Shown: piece after piece, positions 55,819-64,000 of the stretch
How the letters are laid out: the number at the start of each line of letters is the position of its first letter
Numbering within the stretch: position 1 is the first letter of the stretch
Assembly: GCA_964406405.1 (NCBI GenBank)
Contig: CAYORN010000002.1
Span: forward strand, 248,025 to 312,024
Direction of reading: 5' to 3'
Source: an uncultured Alphaproteobacteria bacterium
GTDB taxonomy: Bacteria; Electryoneota; RPQS01
DNA length: 64,000 nucleotides
Translations under genes and position numbers: made by a program
Notes under the pieces: model-generated
What the model was told of the DNA's origin: nothing
What the model saw: only the letters and a program-made list of their open reading frames with translations
Databases searched by the model: none

Positions 55819-56310
55819 TCACTCTTCCACGTTCAGTCCCTGCTTCGGCTTTTTGGGCAGCTGCCGCCACTCATCGAACGTGATGGTTTGCCCCGCTTCG
55901 AGAAAAAGCTTGAGATTGGTCAGCGCCCATTGCCAGCCTTCGCGCATGTGGTCCACGTCGGCTGCGGACTTCAGCTCGCGGTGCAAGAGCCGCACGAGCA
56001 CGCGCTCTTTCGCCGCGTCACGGAAGGTGAGCGTCACGATCGAGCCGGGGCAGTGCTGCGGATTATCCCAGGTGAACGTCAGTTGGCGGGGCGGATCTAC
56101 TTCCAGATACTCGCCCTGATCGCCGTCCGCATTGGAGTATTTTCCACCTTTGCGCAGATCCACCTCGGCTTGGGCGGTGAACCACCGCAAGAGCAAAGCC
56201 GGGTCGGTAAATGCGCCAAAGGCCGCGTTGGCCGAGGCTTTGATTGTGCGATGCAGATGGAGGCGGTACGTTCCTTCACGCTGCAGTTTGGTCATGAAGG
56301 CGGCTGCCAC
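55819..56310 (-). CDS. SRPBCC-fold protein (AHSA1/activator-of-Hsp90-ATPase-like)
   Basis: 163 aa. LHRTIKASANAAFGAFTDPALLLRWF...YLEVDPPRQLTFTW fits the AHSA1 pattern. Confidence 0.6.
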   Translation of the reverse strand: MAAAFMTKLQREGTYRLHLHRTIKASANAAFGAFTDPALLLRWFTAQAEVDLRKGGKYSNADGDQGEYLEVDPPRQLTFTWDNPQHCPGSIVTLTFRDAAKERVLVRLLHRELKSAADVDHMREGWQWALTNLKLFLEAGQTITFDEWRQLPKKPKQGLNVEE

Positions 56311-56417
56311 GTTTCAGGAATAATCTGAAGTGTCATTTCTTTAGTAAACCGCAAAATCGTCAGATGAACTGTTCCGGGTGTTTGAAAGCGGAAGCAAACG
56401 AAATAGGAAGGGTCTCT

Positions 56418-57065
56418 TTATAGATTTGCCCCTTCTTGCGACAGATCAAGACTTTCCCTTCGCATATATTCGTTGATAATAATCTCCAAATTCAAGATGG
56501 GGTGAATATATTCAGCGAGTGCAGCTTTAGCGAAGAAGTAATACATACCAACAGCAGGAGTAGCTTTGATCGTCTCAACCAATTTGCGTTTCTCTGGATT
56601 TGAATGGACTAACTCGCCGTAAAGGTACAGATCCACACAATTTTCGGCACTTAATTGCATCCCGGCCACTCTGACTGTTACAGGAAGTTGCATTTTAGGA
56701 ATGTAATTAAATACTCTGTTCCACTCCTGTGTGCTCTTGAAAAGATCGTCATAGACACCGTGCGTGAGCTTCATCACAAGATTGGAGATCTTTCCGAATT
56801 CTATCTCTTCGCCTTGCAATAGGAATTTTCTAATTTTGACTGCAAAGGCAGTAAACGGGTCGTCGTGAGGCGATTGAAGTGTCTCTTTTGTGCCTTGGTC
56901 CTTATGATAAGAAACGCTTAGCTGAATCCGGGGTGCCATGCCATCGGCTAATACCGTGCATTGTCGAAGCAGTGTTGCTTCAGCGAGATACAAGTTAAGT
57001 CGATCGCTCTCTGAAAGGCGTTTTGTCATTTGCTGCTCGGTATCAAATGAGCCATCTTGAGGCAA
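56418..57065 (-). CDS. Low-GC orphan hypothetical protein (215 aa)
   Basis: Local GC is about 42% against about 62% in the flanks. The start is 7 nt after the stop of the TPR gene. No motif recognised. Confidence 0.4.
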   Translation of the reverse strand: MPQDGSFDTEQQMTKRLSESDRLNLYLAEATLLRQCTVLADGMAPRIQLSVSYHKDQGTKETLQSPHDDPFTAFAVKIRKFLLQGEEIEFGKISNLVMKLTHGVYDDLFKSTQEWNRVFNYIPKMQLPVTVRVAGMQLSAENCVDLYLYGELVHSNPEKRKLVETIKATPAVGMYYFFAKAALAEYIHPILNLEIIINEYMRRESLDLSQEGANL

Positions 57066-57071
57066 GTTGCT

Positions 57072-58991
57072 CTATGACACCTTATTCGTCAATATCCGCG
57101 CCTTGCGCCGCGCCTGCTCCAGATAAATCGAGCGCGGATGATCGAGCAGGAATTTTTGAAACTCCTCCAGCGCCACGGTGTTTTCCTGTAAGTCTTCCAT
57201 CCGGATCACCGCTTTGATGTATTTCGCGCGATCGAGGTCCACGGACTCGGGATAGCTTTGAATGAACGTGTCGAGCACCGCAATGGCCAGTTGTGGTTTG
57301 CCCGAGCTGCGCAGCGCCAACGCCTGCGAGAACCGCGCCCATTCCGCCAACTTGCCGCTTTTCAAAAAATTTGCCGACTCGTCGAACCGCACCGCTGCTA
57401 CCGAATCCGCATGTTTGAACGACGAGTAATCGCCCTCGGCAAACGCTCGCACAGCCCGGTACACGCCCTGCTCATCTAAGAGCGCCGAATACATCACCGC
57501 ATCGTTGAACGCCGTGTTCGATGTTGCCGCGCCTTGAATCGAGTCCAGCGCCGCATAGGCCTGTGAGACCGAGTCGCGCCAGATATTCGCCCGCGCAATG
57601 CGCAGGAGCGCCGTGCCGCCGTCTTCATTCACCGCGGGCAAGCCCAGCTTCACCACGTCGCTCCACGCTTGAATAGCGTTGTCATACTCTCCCATCCACG
57701 CGTGCGCGTCACCGATCCGCAAGCCTACCAGCGAGCGCGACACAGATGCGCTCTTATTCCACAGCCCGTTGAAGATGGTCAACGCGTCCGCCGGATTCTG
57801 CTCATGCGCCAATAAGATCTCGCCGATCCGGAAGCGCGCTTCGTCCACTTCCTTCAGCTTCGCGTTCTTGTCAATGAAGCTCTCGTAGGCGTGTTTGGCA
57901 TCGGCCCAGTGCCCTGTCGCTTCTGAGCAGCGGCCCAGCCCCAGTTCCGCGCGCGCCGCTACGTCAATCGGCGGCTTCCACGCCAACACCTTCTGAAAGC
58001 CCCGCCGCGCGAGTTCCACTGCGCCTTCATCCAACAGCGTCTGCGAGTTCGCCAGCACCAGCGTTCCGCCGCCGTCCGTCAGCGAGTCGGCGGTAATCGT
58101 CGCATTCAGCGCTTCCTCCAGATCCGCCGCTTTGAGCAAATATCCGGCGTACAATCGCCACAGCGTGCCGTTTTTGCGGTCATGCTGTACCGCCTTCTTG
58201 AGCACCGCACTCACTTTCTCGACGACGGTCGAATCGTCGGGAAACTGATTCAGATAGGTCTGCGCGATCTGCCAACCGCTCGGCATGCTCTGCGCGTACA
58301 GCAGCAGCTCCGCCGCCGCCGCCGCATAGTCCATCTGCCCGCGCAAGCTCATTGCCAATTCCAGCGCCATGAACGCCGACGTCTTCGAGACTTTCCGATG
58401 CTCGCGGATCAGCTTTTCGCTGTCTTCCCAGCGGCGATTCTGCTGCAGCGTGAGCACCAGCATCCGCACCGCTTCGTCGCTGTTGTTGTACTCTTTGAGC
58501 GCGCCGTTCCAGATCTCCCATGCCGCCGTTTCATTGCCATCGCCGCGCGCGAGCGCGACCTGCCCGCGCATGAGCGTCAGCGAAAAGCTGCTCGAGGGAT
58601 CCGACAGCGGCTTCATTTCGCCACTGAGTTCGCTTTTTTGCAGGCAGTCGTTGAGAAAGCTGTCCGCTTCGTCGTAGCGCTTCAGAATGATTAATGTCCG
58701 CGGTACGGCCTGCAAGGCATCCGGATTCCACGCCGAACGGTTCAGCACCTCGCGCCACATCGAGAGCGCGCGCTCATAGTCGCCGCGCGCTTCCGCGCCC
58801 CGCGCCCGTTCGATGATGATCTGCTCTTCCGTCTTCTGCCGCGGCACGAGCGTCCGCACCTGTCCCGGCGGCCCGCCCCCTTTGACTTCAATCTTGATCT
58901 GCTGTCCCAAAAGCGGCAGGGCAAACATCAACAGGATTGGAAGGATGTATTTCAGTTTGATGGTCATTACTTTGATTTGCAAATATTTCAC
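57072..58991 (-). CDS. Secreted tetratricopeptide-repeat (TPR) protein
   Basis: Signal peptide. Multiple helical repeats of A..Y..A...W-type 34-aa units. Confidence 0.6.
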   Translation of the reverse strand: MKYLQIKVMTIKLKYILPILLMFALPLLGQQIKIEVKGGGPPGQVRTLVPRQKTEEQIIIERARGAEARGDYERALSMWREVLNRSAWNPDALQAVPRTLIILKRYDEADSFLNDCLQKSELSGEMKPLSDPSSSFSLTLMRGQVALARGDGNETAAWEIWNGALKEYNNSDEAVRMLVLTLQQNRRWEDSEKLIREHRKVSKTSAFMALELAMSLRGQMDYAAAAAELLLYAQSMPSGWQIAQTYLNQFPDDSTVVEKVSAVLKKAVQHDRKNGTLWRLYAGYLLKAADLEEALNATITADSLTDGGGTLVLANSQTLLDEGAVELARRGFQKVLAWKPPIDVAARAELGLGRCSEATGHWADAKHAYESFIDKNAKLKEVDEARFRIGEILLAHEQNPADALTIFNGLWNKSASVSRSLVGLRIGDAHAWMGEYDNAIQAWSDVVKLGLPAVNEDGGTALLRIARANIWRDSVSQAYAALDSIQGAATSNTAFNDAVMYSALLDEQGVYRAVRAFAEGDYSSFKHADSVAAVRFDESANFLKSGKLAEWARFSQALALRSSGKPQLAIAVLDTFIQSYPESVDLDRAKYIKAVIRMEDLQENTVALEEFQKFLLDHPRSIYLEQARRKARILTNKVS

Positions 58992-59224
58992 AGCAACCGC
59001 TCGAGATCTTCCGGCGAGAGTTCGATGTCGCGCAAGATTTTTCTCCGCAAACCGCGACCGATATCCTTGCCCTTGTGCATTGGCACGCTGGTGCGACGGC
59101 CGTCCGGATGGACATAGCGTTGATGACTTGTCCCAGAATGGGCGGTGCGGAGTTCAAATTCTAATTTCCCCAAAACCGCCGCAAGTTGGCGTGCAGTGAC
59201 GACGGGGAGTTTGACGGGGGTCAT
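58988..59224 (-). CDS. hicA: HicA-family toxin (mRNA interferase)
   Basis: GTSHQRYVHPDGRRTSVPMHKGKDIGRGLRRKILRDI. Confidence 0.75.
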   Translation of the reverse strand: MTPVKLPVVTARQLAAVLGKLEFELRTAHSGTSHQRYVHPDGRRTSVPMHKGKDIGRGLRRKILRDIELSPEDLERLL

Positions 59225-59469
59225 GCGGATTTGCTGCGGTATTCAATTTCCAGCGTCTTGATTCCCACTACTTCCGGATACCGCGTTTCAACTGGCCGCC
59301 CTTCGTCCTCCGCTTCCCGCAGACACATCTGAATCACATCGCGCACGTTTTCGAGCGCTTCCTCGAACGTGTCGCCCTGCGAGTAACATCCTTGCAGAGC
59401 AGGACATTCGGCCACGTAGATTCCGTCTTCGTCCTGCTCGATGATAACCTGCAATCGGTAATTCGGCAT
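59221..59469 (-). CDS. hicB: HicB-family antitoxin (UPF0150 RNase-H-like fold)
   Basis: YRLQVIIEQDEDGIYVAECPALQGCYSQGDTFEEALENVRDVI. 4-nt overlap with hicA. Confidence 0.7.
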   Translation of the reverse strand: MPNYRLQVIIEQDEDGIYVAECPALQGCYSQGDTFEEALENVRDVIQMCLREAEDEGRPVETRYPEVVGIKTLEIEYRSKSA

Positions 59470-59482
59470 AAGATTCCTCTGC

Positions 59483-60940
59483 TTACTTCAGCAACACCAT
59501 TTCCCGCGTGACGCTCTTGTCCCCGGCATTCAGCCGCACAAGATACACGCCTGACGGCTGCTGTTCCGCGTTCCACGTCACCTGATGCCGCCCGGCGTTC
59601 TGCGTTCCGGAAACGAGCGTCGCCACCTCGCGTCCGCTAATGTCGAAGATCGTCAAATTCACCGGCGCCGTAGCGGTCAACTCATACTCGAGTTGCGCCA
59701 CCGCATTGAACGGATTCGGGTAAGACGAAAGGATAAAGGACAAGGGATGAGGGATGAAATTATCCTCCGCCGCCAGCACCTCTTCCTGCGGCAAGGCGAA
59801 CAAAAATGCGCCGCCCGGCACGCCGCCCGGCAGCGGCGCGGTCGTGAAAACTGCATACACTGTCCCGCCGTCCACCAGGACGTCCACGCTATTGCAAGCT
59901 TCGTTTTCGGGCATCGGCTCGATGTGCAACAGGCCGGTGGACTGCCCGTTGGCATCCATCCCTTCGATCCACACCTGTTGTTCGCCCTGCGTCTGCGACA
60001 CCACGAACCCAATCACGCTCGTGCCCCACGGTCCCGGCGCAATATTCCAATAGGCCGCAAAGCGCTGCACCGGCAGCGGTCCCGGATCGAACGGGTCATG
60101 CGCTATGGTGAAGTCCATTGCATGTATGACCAATCGCAGGCTGTACTCCACCGGACTCGAAGTGGGCTGGACGCTCGTCACCAGCATCCGCAGTTCGCCG
60201 TTCGTATAGTCGAAGGCCGGCGTGCTGTTGAACCAGCCGTCGGCCAGTGTTTCGTGATACAGCGTCACCGGATTCTGCGGCGTACCGTCGCTGGCGAATG
60301 GATGCAGAACTGCATCTATTACGATCGCCGCTCCTTCTTGATGCGGATTGTACTCCACCAGAATCGCTTGCGATCCCGCCGCGTACACAAAAGCGATGTT
60401 CGTCAGCGCCAGCGTGTCTTCGCGGGTGATCGTGCCGTTCACGTCCGCCCAAATCAAAATCTGCTGATTGATGTTGAATTCATAATAGGTGACAAAAATG
60501 CCGCTCGGCAGCGTGATCGCCGTCGGACTGATCGCGTTTCCGCGATGCAACGTATCCAGTATCTGCCCCTCCGGGGAGATAAACAGGAGTTCGAGTTCCG
60601 TCACTCAACTGTGGTACACCATGTACGGATCGCTGCCGTCCATGGCGTGCAGAATCGTCAGGTTTCCCGGGCAATAGATCACGCCCAACGGCACTTCCTG
60701 ATAGTTGATGCGTTCCACCACCTGTCCCTGTGCTGCCACGCGCGCGCCATGCGTCGCCACTTGCGCCTCCGACACCGACGACCACGAGCACAACAGGTTC
60801 GCACCGTCGTGCTCGATGTGCGGATAGAAATAATTGATGCCGGTTCCCAGATCCAACCGCACCGGATCGAAATCCTCCTGTGCCAACAGCATCAGCGGCA
60901 CGGCCAGCAGCAGTACAATGTAAGCCAATCTCATGTTCAT
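59483..60940 (-). pseudogene. T9SS cargo protein gene interrupted by a single in-frame TGA (at 60605-60607); N-terminal signal-peptide segment 60608-60940, C-terminal segment 59483-60604
   Basis: ...YMVYHS-TGA-VTELELL...: both ORFs are in the same frame. The signal peptide MNMRLAYIVLLLAVPLMLLAQ is only in the upstream segment, and the T9SS CTD (YPNPFNAVAQLEY...VYLVRLN...MVLLK) is only in the downstream segment. Confidence 0.5.
59731..59758 (+). repeat. Degenerate heptamer array GGATAAA-GGACAAG-GGATGAG-GGATGAA
   Basis: Antisense to the gene, it is translated as FIPHPLSFIL directly before the T9SS CTD. Confidence 0.6.
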
Positions 60941-61048
60941 TCCATGGTTGTAAAGAATGCGGGAAAAGAGAAGTTTTGATGTGGTTTTCAGCAGAGCCGT
61001 CTTGCGGTGTTCATTTTGGAATTTCAACTTGCGGCTCATACGTGTACA

Positions 61049-61113
61049 TTTCGGGCAGGTTCTTGTCTGACTGTCCGTCACGTTGTAAGCTCGCCGTGGA
61101 ACCTGCCTCGGCG
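61049..61113 (+). repeat. Solo copy of the RAYT-associated REPIN (TTCGGGCAGGTTCTTG...GGAACCTGCCTCGGCG)
   Basis: Aligns with 30226-30286. It lies in the promoter region of the gene starting at 60940. Confidence 0.6.
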
Positions 61114-61246
61114 AAATTATCAAGCAGATCCTCTGCTATTCACGCGCCGGGCGAGTTTCGAAGCATTCCTGTATCCTGAAGCCACAACCGGAGGTTGTGG
61201 CTAGTCTGATCGGGTCCGACTGGGATTTCGGAATTTTCACTCGGGC

Positions 61247-61274
61247 TTCATCCTTCATCCCTCATCCTTCATCC
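61247..61274 (-). repeat. Heptamer array GGATGAA-GGATGAG-GGATGAA-GGATGAA on the minus strand (inverted copy of 240-267)
   Basis: Sits 6 nt after the TGA stop of the gene ending at 61280. Confidence 0.8.
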
Positions 61275-61279
61275 TTTCT

Positions 61280-64000
61280 TCACTTCCACTTCGACAGCGC
61301 CTCGAAGTACTGCCGGATTAACTGCTCGTAGTCCGGCGTGTACTTCGCGTCGAGCGCGCGCAACAGGTCTTCGCGGAGCTGATCCTGCCCCGGCTTATCG
61401 GGCAGTTCGCGCGGCGAACTGCGCATCACGTCCTGGCCGGTCTGCGATTGCCGCTTGGGCGAGAACTCGCGCTCGCGCTGCGCCCGCTGGAAATCCAGCA
61501 GCCGCGTCTCGATGTGCTCCTGCTTTTGCAGCGTCTGCTCGCTCACGTTGCGGTCTCTCAAGTCCTGCGCCACGTCCTGCATATCCTTGGCCACGTCGTC
61601 GAGTTTGCCCAGACTCTGCTGCGACGCCGCCACCTCTTCCGCTAATTCCTTCGCAGTTCTCGCCAGCGCATCCTGCTCCACGGCGATCCGCTGCATCGAA
61701 GCCTGCTCACCCATCGAAAGCTGGCCGGGGTTCTGGTTGCCCATCATCTCCTGCGTCTGCTGATTGAGCTTTTGCTGCTTCCCTGCCATCTGCCCCGCGT
61801 TGTTGCACATCGAGTTCGGGTTCGGCTTGTTGCACGAACTCTTGCTCGATGAACACGACGACTGGTTCTGCTTCAGCGCCGCGTTTAGCGCCGAAAGCGC
61901 CTGCTTGCGGTAGTGCGTCGCCGTGCGCGGGTCGCGCTCCTGCGTCGCTTGCGAAGCCTGATCCATCTGCATCATCGCCTGATGCATCGCGCCCATCAGC
62001 TGCGGCGTCACATACATGGACTGCTTCGCCAGCTCCGTCAGATCCTGATTTACGCGCTGGAGCGCTTGTTTCAGGTTCTCTTGCTCCTCCGCGGCCTCGG
62101 CCATCTGCGGGCTGCCCGCTTCGAGGTCTTCGGACTGCTTCCACAGCGCTTCCTGCCGCATCGAAAGATCAAGCAACTGATCGCGCGACCGTTCCAGCTT
62201 CGCCAGCGCTTCGAAGTCCATCTCCTGCGACATCTGCTGCTTGATATTCTGGAGCGCGTTCGCCATCTCCGACATCTTCCGCCGCGCGTGTTTGCCCTTC
62301 TTCTTGGCCGCCTGGTTCTGGCACATGCTCATCTGCTGCGAGTTCTGCTCCATCTGCTCGCTCAGCTTTTCCTGCTCGGATTCCTTTTGCAGCTCCTGCA
62401 TCTGCTCCTGTGCCTTGGCCTGATTCTCCTTCATCTCTTTGGCCAATTCCGCCATCTTTTTCTCGATCTCCTTCATCTCCTGCGCGAGCTTCTTCTGCTC
62501 TTCGGCGTTCTTCTGCGCGGTTTCGGGAGTGTTCTGTTCCATCTTCTCGTTGAGCTGCTCCTGCTGCCGCCCGAGTTCGTCGAGGCGGCGCGTCAGCTCG
62601 TCGAGCTTCTTCTCCATTTGCAGCTGCTTCAGCATGTTCAAGGTCTGGTCGAGCGCCTGCTCGAATTGATCCTGATGCTTCTGAAAATTCTCCATCGCCT
62701 TACGCAGCTCCTCTTCCGAGGGCTGCTGCATCGCCTGCGCGAGCTTCTGCAGCGCTTCGCGCATCTCCGGCGTAATCACTTCTTTCACCAGCTCCTGAAT
62801 CTGCTGCATCTTATCCATCACGGAGGGCGAGAACATCGAGCGCTGCTCGGCCTGCTGTTGCGCCTGCTGAATCGCGTCGGCGACTTTTTCCAGCAGGTCG
62901 TTCATCGCCGCCTGCTTCTGCATCAGCTGCTCGATCTCCTGCTTCTTCTCCCAGCTCATCTCCGGGTTGGATTTGAACTCTTCGACCGCTTCATCCACCT
63001 TCTTGCGAATCTCTTCCGACTCCTTCATCAGATCGGCTAGCGAAATCTGCTGCGTCTGCGCTTGCGCCTGCTCTTTCTCGAACAGCTCCTGCATCGAGGG
63101 GTAGCGCAAGAGCCGCGTCTCCGTGCGCGCGCGTTTCGGGCCGTGGATCCGGTCGTTGTCCCACACCTCTACGAAGAACATCACCTGATCTTCCGGCAGG
63201 AGGTCTAAGGGCGTCAGGTCCCACAAGAGTTCGCCGGTCGCTTTCCCCGGCTCTACAACTTTGTAATCTATCGCCAGCGGCTGATACACCGACTCGTCAT
63301 CTTTTACCTCGGGCGCTTCATAGGCTGACGTGCGATGATAACGCAGCGTCATCCGCGTGAAGCCGTAATCGTCCAACGCTTCCGCAACCACGGAGACCTT
63401 CACGTTCGCCGCGATGTCAATATCCTGCGCCGGCTCGAGCAGCGTAATCATCGGTGCTTCATCGGGGCGCGCCGTAATCCGGTACAGGATTTGATCGCGG
63501 CTGTCGAAGCCGTCCGTATCCATCAGGCGAATGCGGTAGTATCCGCTCCGCTCGACCATGAAGTCGCCGTTTGCCCGCGATCCGTCCAACGCTAGGCTCT
63601 GCGTCATCCCCGGCTTGAGATCATCCCGCGCGGCGGAGGAATCCGTCGCGATAAACTCCAATCGCGCACTTTTCAAACTCTTCGTTGCTGCGAGCGAGAG
63701 TTTCACTTTCGTCCCGATCAGCGCTGACACGTCACCCACATTCTCTTCGAGTGTTTGCTCTTCGAGATTCGTGTACGCCGGCGGCATCAGCTTCAGCGAA
63801 AGAAATCTCACGGCGGGCAGTTCCTGCACCGCCACATTGTACTTATCGGTTTTCACTCGGCCCGCCATTGCCCAATACGTAAATGGCGACGTAATCCCGC
63901 GATAGGTGTAGTGATATGTTCCCCCTCCGTTTACGGGGGGGGTAAGGGGGGGCTGGAGTGAAAGAGTAATCGGTTCGGTGGCTGACTTCCCTTTTTCGAT
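61280..64000 (-). CDS. Large Q/E-rich coiled-coil protein with an N-terminal beta domain (DUF4175-like); N-terminus runs off the right edge
   Basis: The frame stays open upstream of the listed Met (…PPVNGGGTYHYTYRGITSPFTYWAMAGRV…). The central roughly 500 aa are Q/E/K-rich heptads. C-terminus YFEALSKWK. Confidence 0.55.
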   Translation of the reverse strand: MEKGKSATEPITLSLQPPLTPPVNGGGTYHYTYRGITSPFTYWAMAGRVKTDKYNVAVQELPAVRFLSLKLMPPAYTNLEEQTLEENVGDVSALIGTKVKLSLAATKSLKSARLEFIATDSSAARDDLKPGMTQSLALDGSRANGDFMVERSGYYRIRLMDTDGFDSRDQILYRITARPDEAPMITLLEPAQDIDIAANVKVSVVAEALDDYGFTRMTLRYHRTSAYEAPEVKDDESVYQPLAIDYKVVEPGKATGELLWDLTPLDLLPEDQVMFFVEVWDNDRIHGPKRARTETRLLRYPSMQELFEKEQAQAQTQQISLADLMKESEEIRKKVDEAVEEFKSNPEMSWEKKQEIEQLMQKQAAMNDLLEKVADAIQQAQQQAEQRSMFSPSVMDKMQQIQELVKEVITPEMREALQKLAQAMQQPSEEELRKAMENFQKHQDQFEQALDQTLNMLKQLQMEKKLDELTRRLDELGRQQEQLNEKMEQNTPETAQKNAEEQKKLAQEMKEIEKKMAELAKEMKENQAKAQEQMQELQKESEQEKLSEQMEQNSQQMSMCQNQAAKKKGKHARRKMSEMANALQNIKQQMSQEMDFEALAKLERSRDQLLDLSMRQEALWKQSEDLEAGSPQMAEAAEEQENLKQALQRVNQDLTELAKQSMYVTPQLMGAMHQAMMQMDQASQATQERDPRTATHYRKQALSALNAALKQNQSSCSSSKSSCNKPNPNSMCNNAGQMAGKQQKLNQQTQEMMGNQNPGQLSMGEQASMQRIAVEQDALARTAKELAEEVAASQQSLGKLDDVAKDMQDVAQDLRDRNVSEQTLQKQEHIETRLLDFQRAQREREFSPKRQSQTGQDVMRSSPRELPDKPGQDQLREDLLRALDAKYTPDYEQLIRQYFEALSKWK
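63921..63952 (-). repeat. Poly-C hairpin element CCCCCCC-TTA-CCCCCCCC-GTAAAC-GGAGGGGG on the minus strand (encodes PPVNGGG in frame)
   Basis: Reverse-complement relative of 11215-11246. Confidence 0.55.

Noticed and set aside
60605-60607. Genome-wide TGA recoding (e.g. Gly in candidate-phylum-radiation-like codes)
   Set aside because: Many well-supported genes in the window terminate at TGA, for example at 61280 and 2292, so TGA is a normal stop here.
1-64000. CRISPR arrays
   Set aside because: No regularly spaced identical 24-48 bp repeats. The tandem heptamer and octamer arrays have no unique spacers.

Overview
This 64 kb window is GC-rich (about 60-63% over most of its length) and gene-dense, and it looks like chromosomal DNA from an uncultivated FCB-superphylum-like bacterium. 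At least seven proteins end in the type IX secretion (T9SS) C-terminal sorting motif YPNPFNP...G.Y, and most genes have Shine-Dalgarno sites. The functional content is as follows.

- **Phage-like module (1 to about 9500, minus strand).** It holds a terminase large subunit gene that runs off the left edge, a putative small HTH protein, an acidic protein, a putative major capsid protein and a putative decoration protein. Cellular T9SS genes on the plus strand interrupt it.
- **Housekeeping and accessory genes.** These include a CBM9/DUF5916 outer-membrane protein, beta-helix secreted proteins and a TetR regulator with a perfect operator palindrome. There is also an AhpD-like gene, a fibronectin type III (FN3) plus BNR-repeat lipoprotein, a low-GC GIY-YIG islet and a trans-sulfuration PLP enzyme. 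A MacA / MacB-ATPase / MacB-permease efflux operon is present, followed by two tandem paralogous secreted proteins.
- **Further operons and single genes.** A glycosyltransferase family 39 (GT39) / GtrA / CDP-alcohol phosphatidyltransferase operon is present. An IS200-family HuH transposase (REP-associated tyrosine transposase, RAYT) sits with its REPIN doublets (REP doublets forming hairpins). MscL, a DtxR regulator and an AgcS symporter follow.
- **Surface and fibre proteins.** Two giant Gly-rich tail-fibre-like paralogs carry a C-terminal peptidase-S74 chaperone domain. They are followed by Cys-rich and beta-helix T9SS proteins.
- **Mid-window enzymes and membrane proteins.** These include an FAD/BBE oxidase and an isoprenylcysteine carboxyl methyltransferase (ICMT).
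- **Metal islet.** An RcnA-like Ni/Co exporter and a YHS-domain protein are bracketed by two paralogous AbrB-type antitoxin / Doc toxin modules. An IS5-family element with an A6G frameshift site cleanly splits a DinB_2 gene inside the islet.
- **Right-hand end.** A low-GC orphan gene follows a TPR protein. HicAB comes next, then a T9SS gene interrupted by one in-frame TGA, and a large Q/E-rich coiled-coil protein runs off the right edge.

On top of the genes there are several short dispersed repeat families:

- AAA(GGATGAA)n heptamer arrays at 7 loci, which are translated in-frame in several proteins.
- (GAGAYTT)3 heptamer arrays.
- Inverted CTTGTCRG octamer arrays.
- A roughly 65 bp REPIN built from GGCAGGTTC / GAACCTGCC arms that flanks the IS200-family RAYT gene (29901-30260) and has at least three unlinked copies.
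- GTAG-type REPs.
- Poly-C / poly-G hairpin families, including one that encodes PPVNGG in two unrelated proteins.

No rRNA, tRNA or CRISPR array was recognised.
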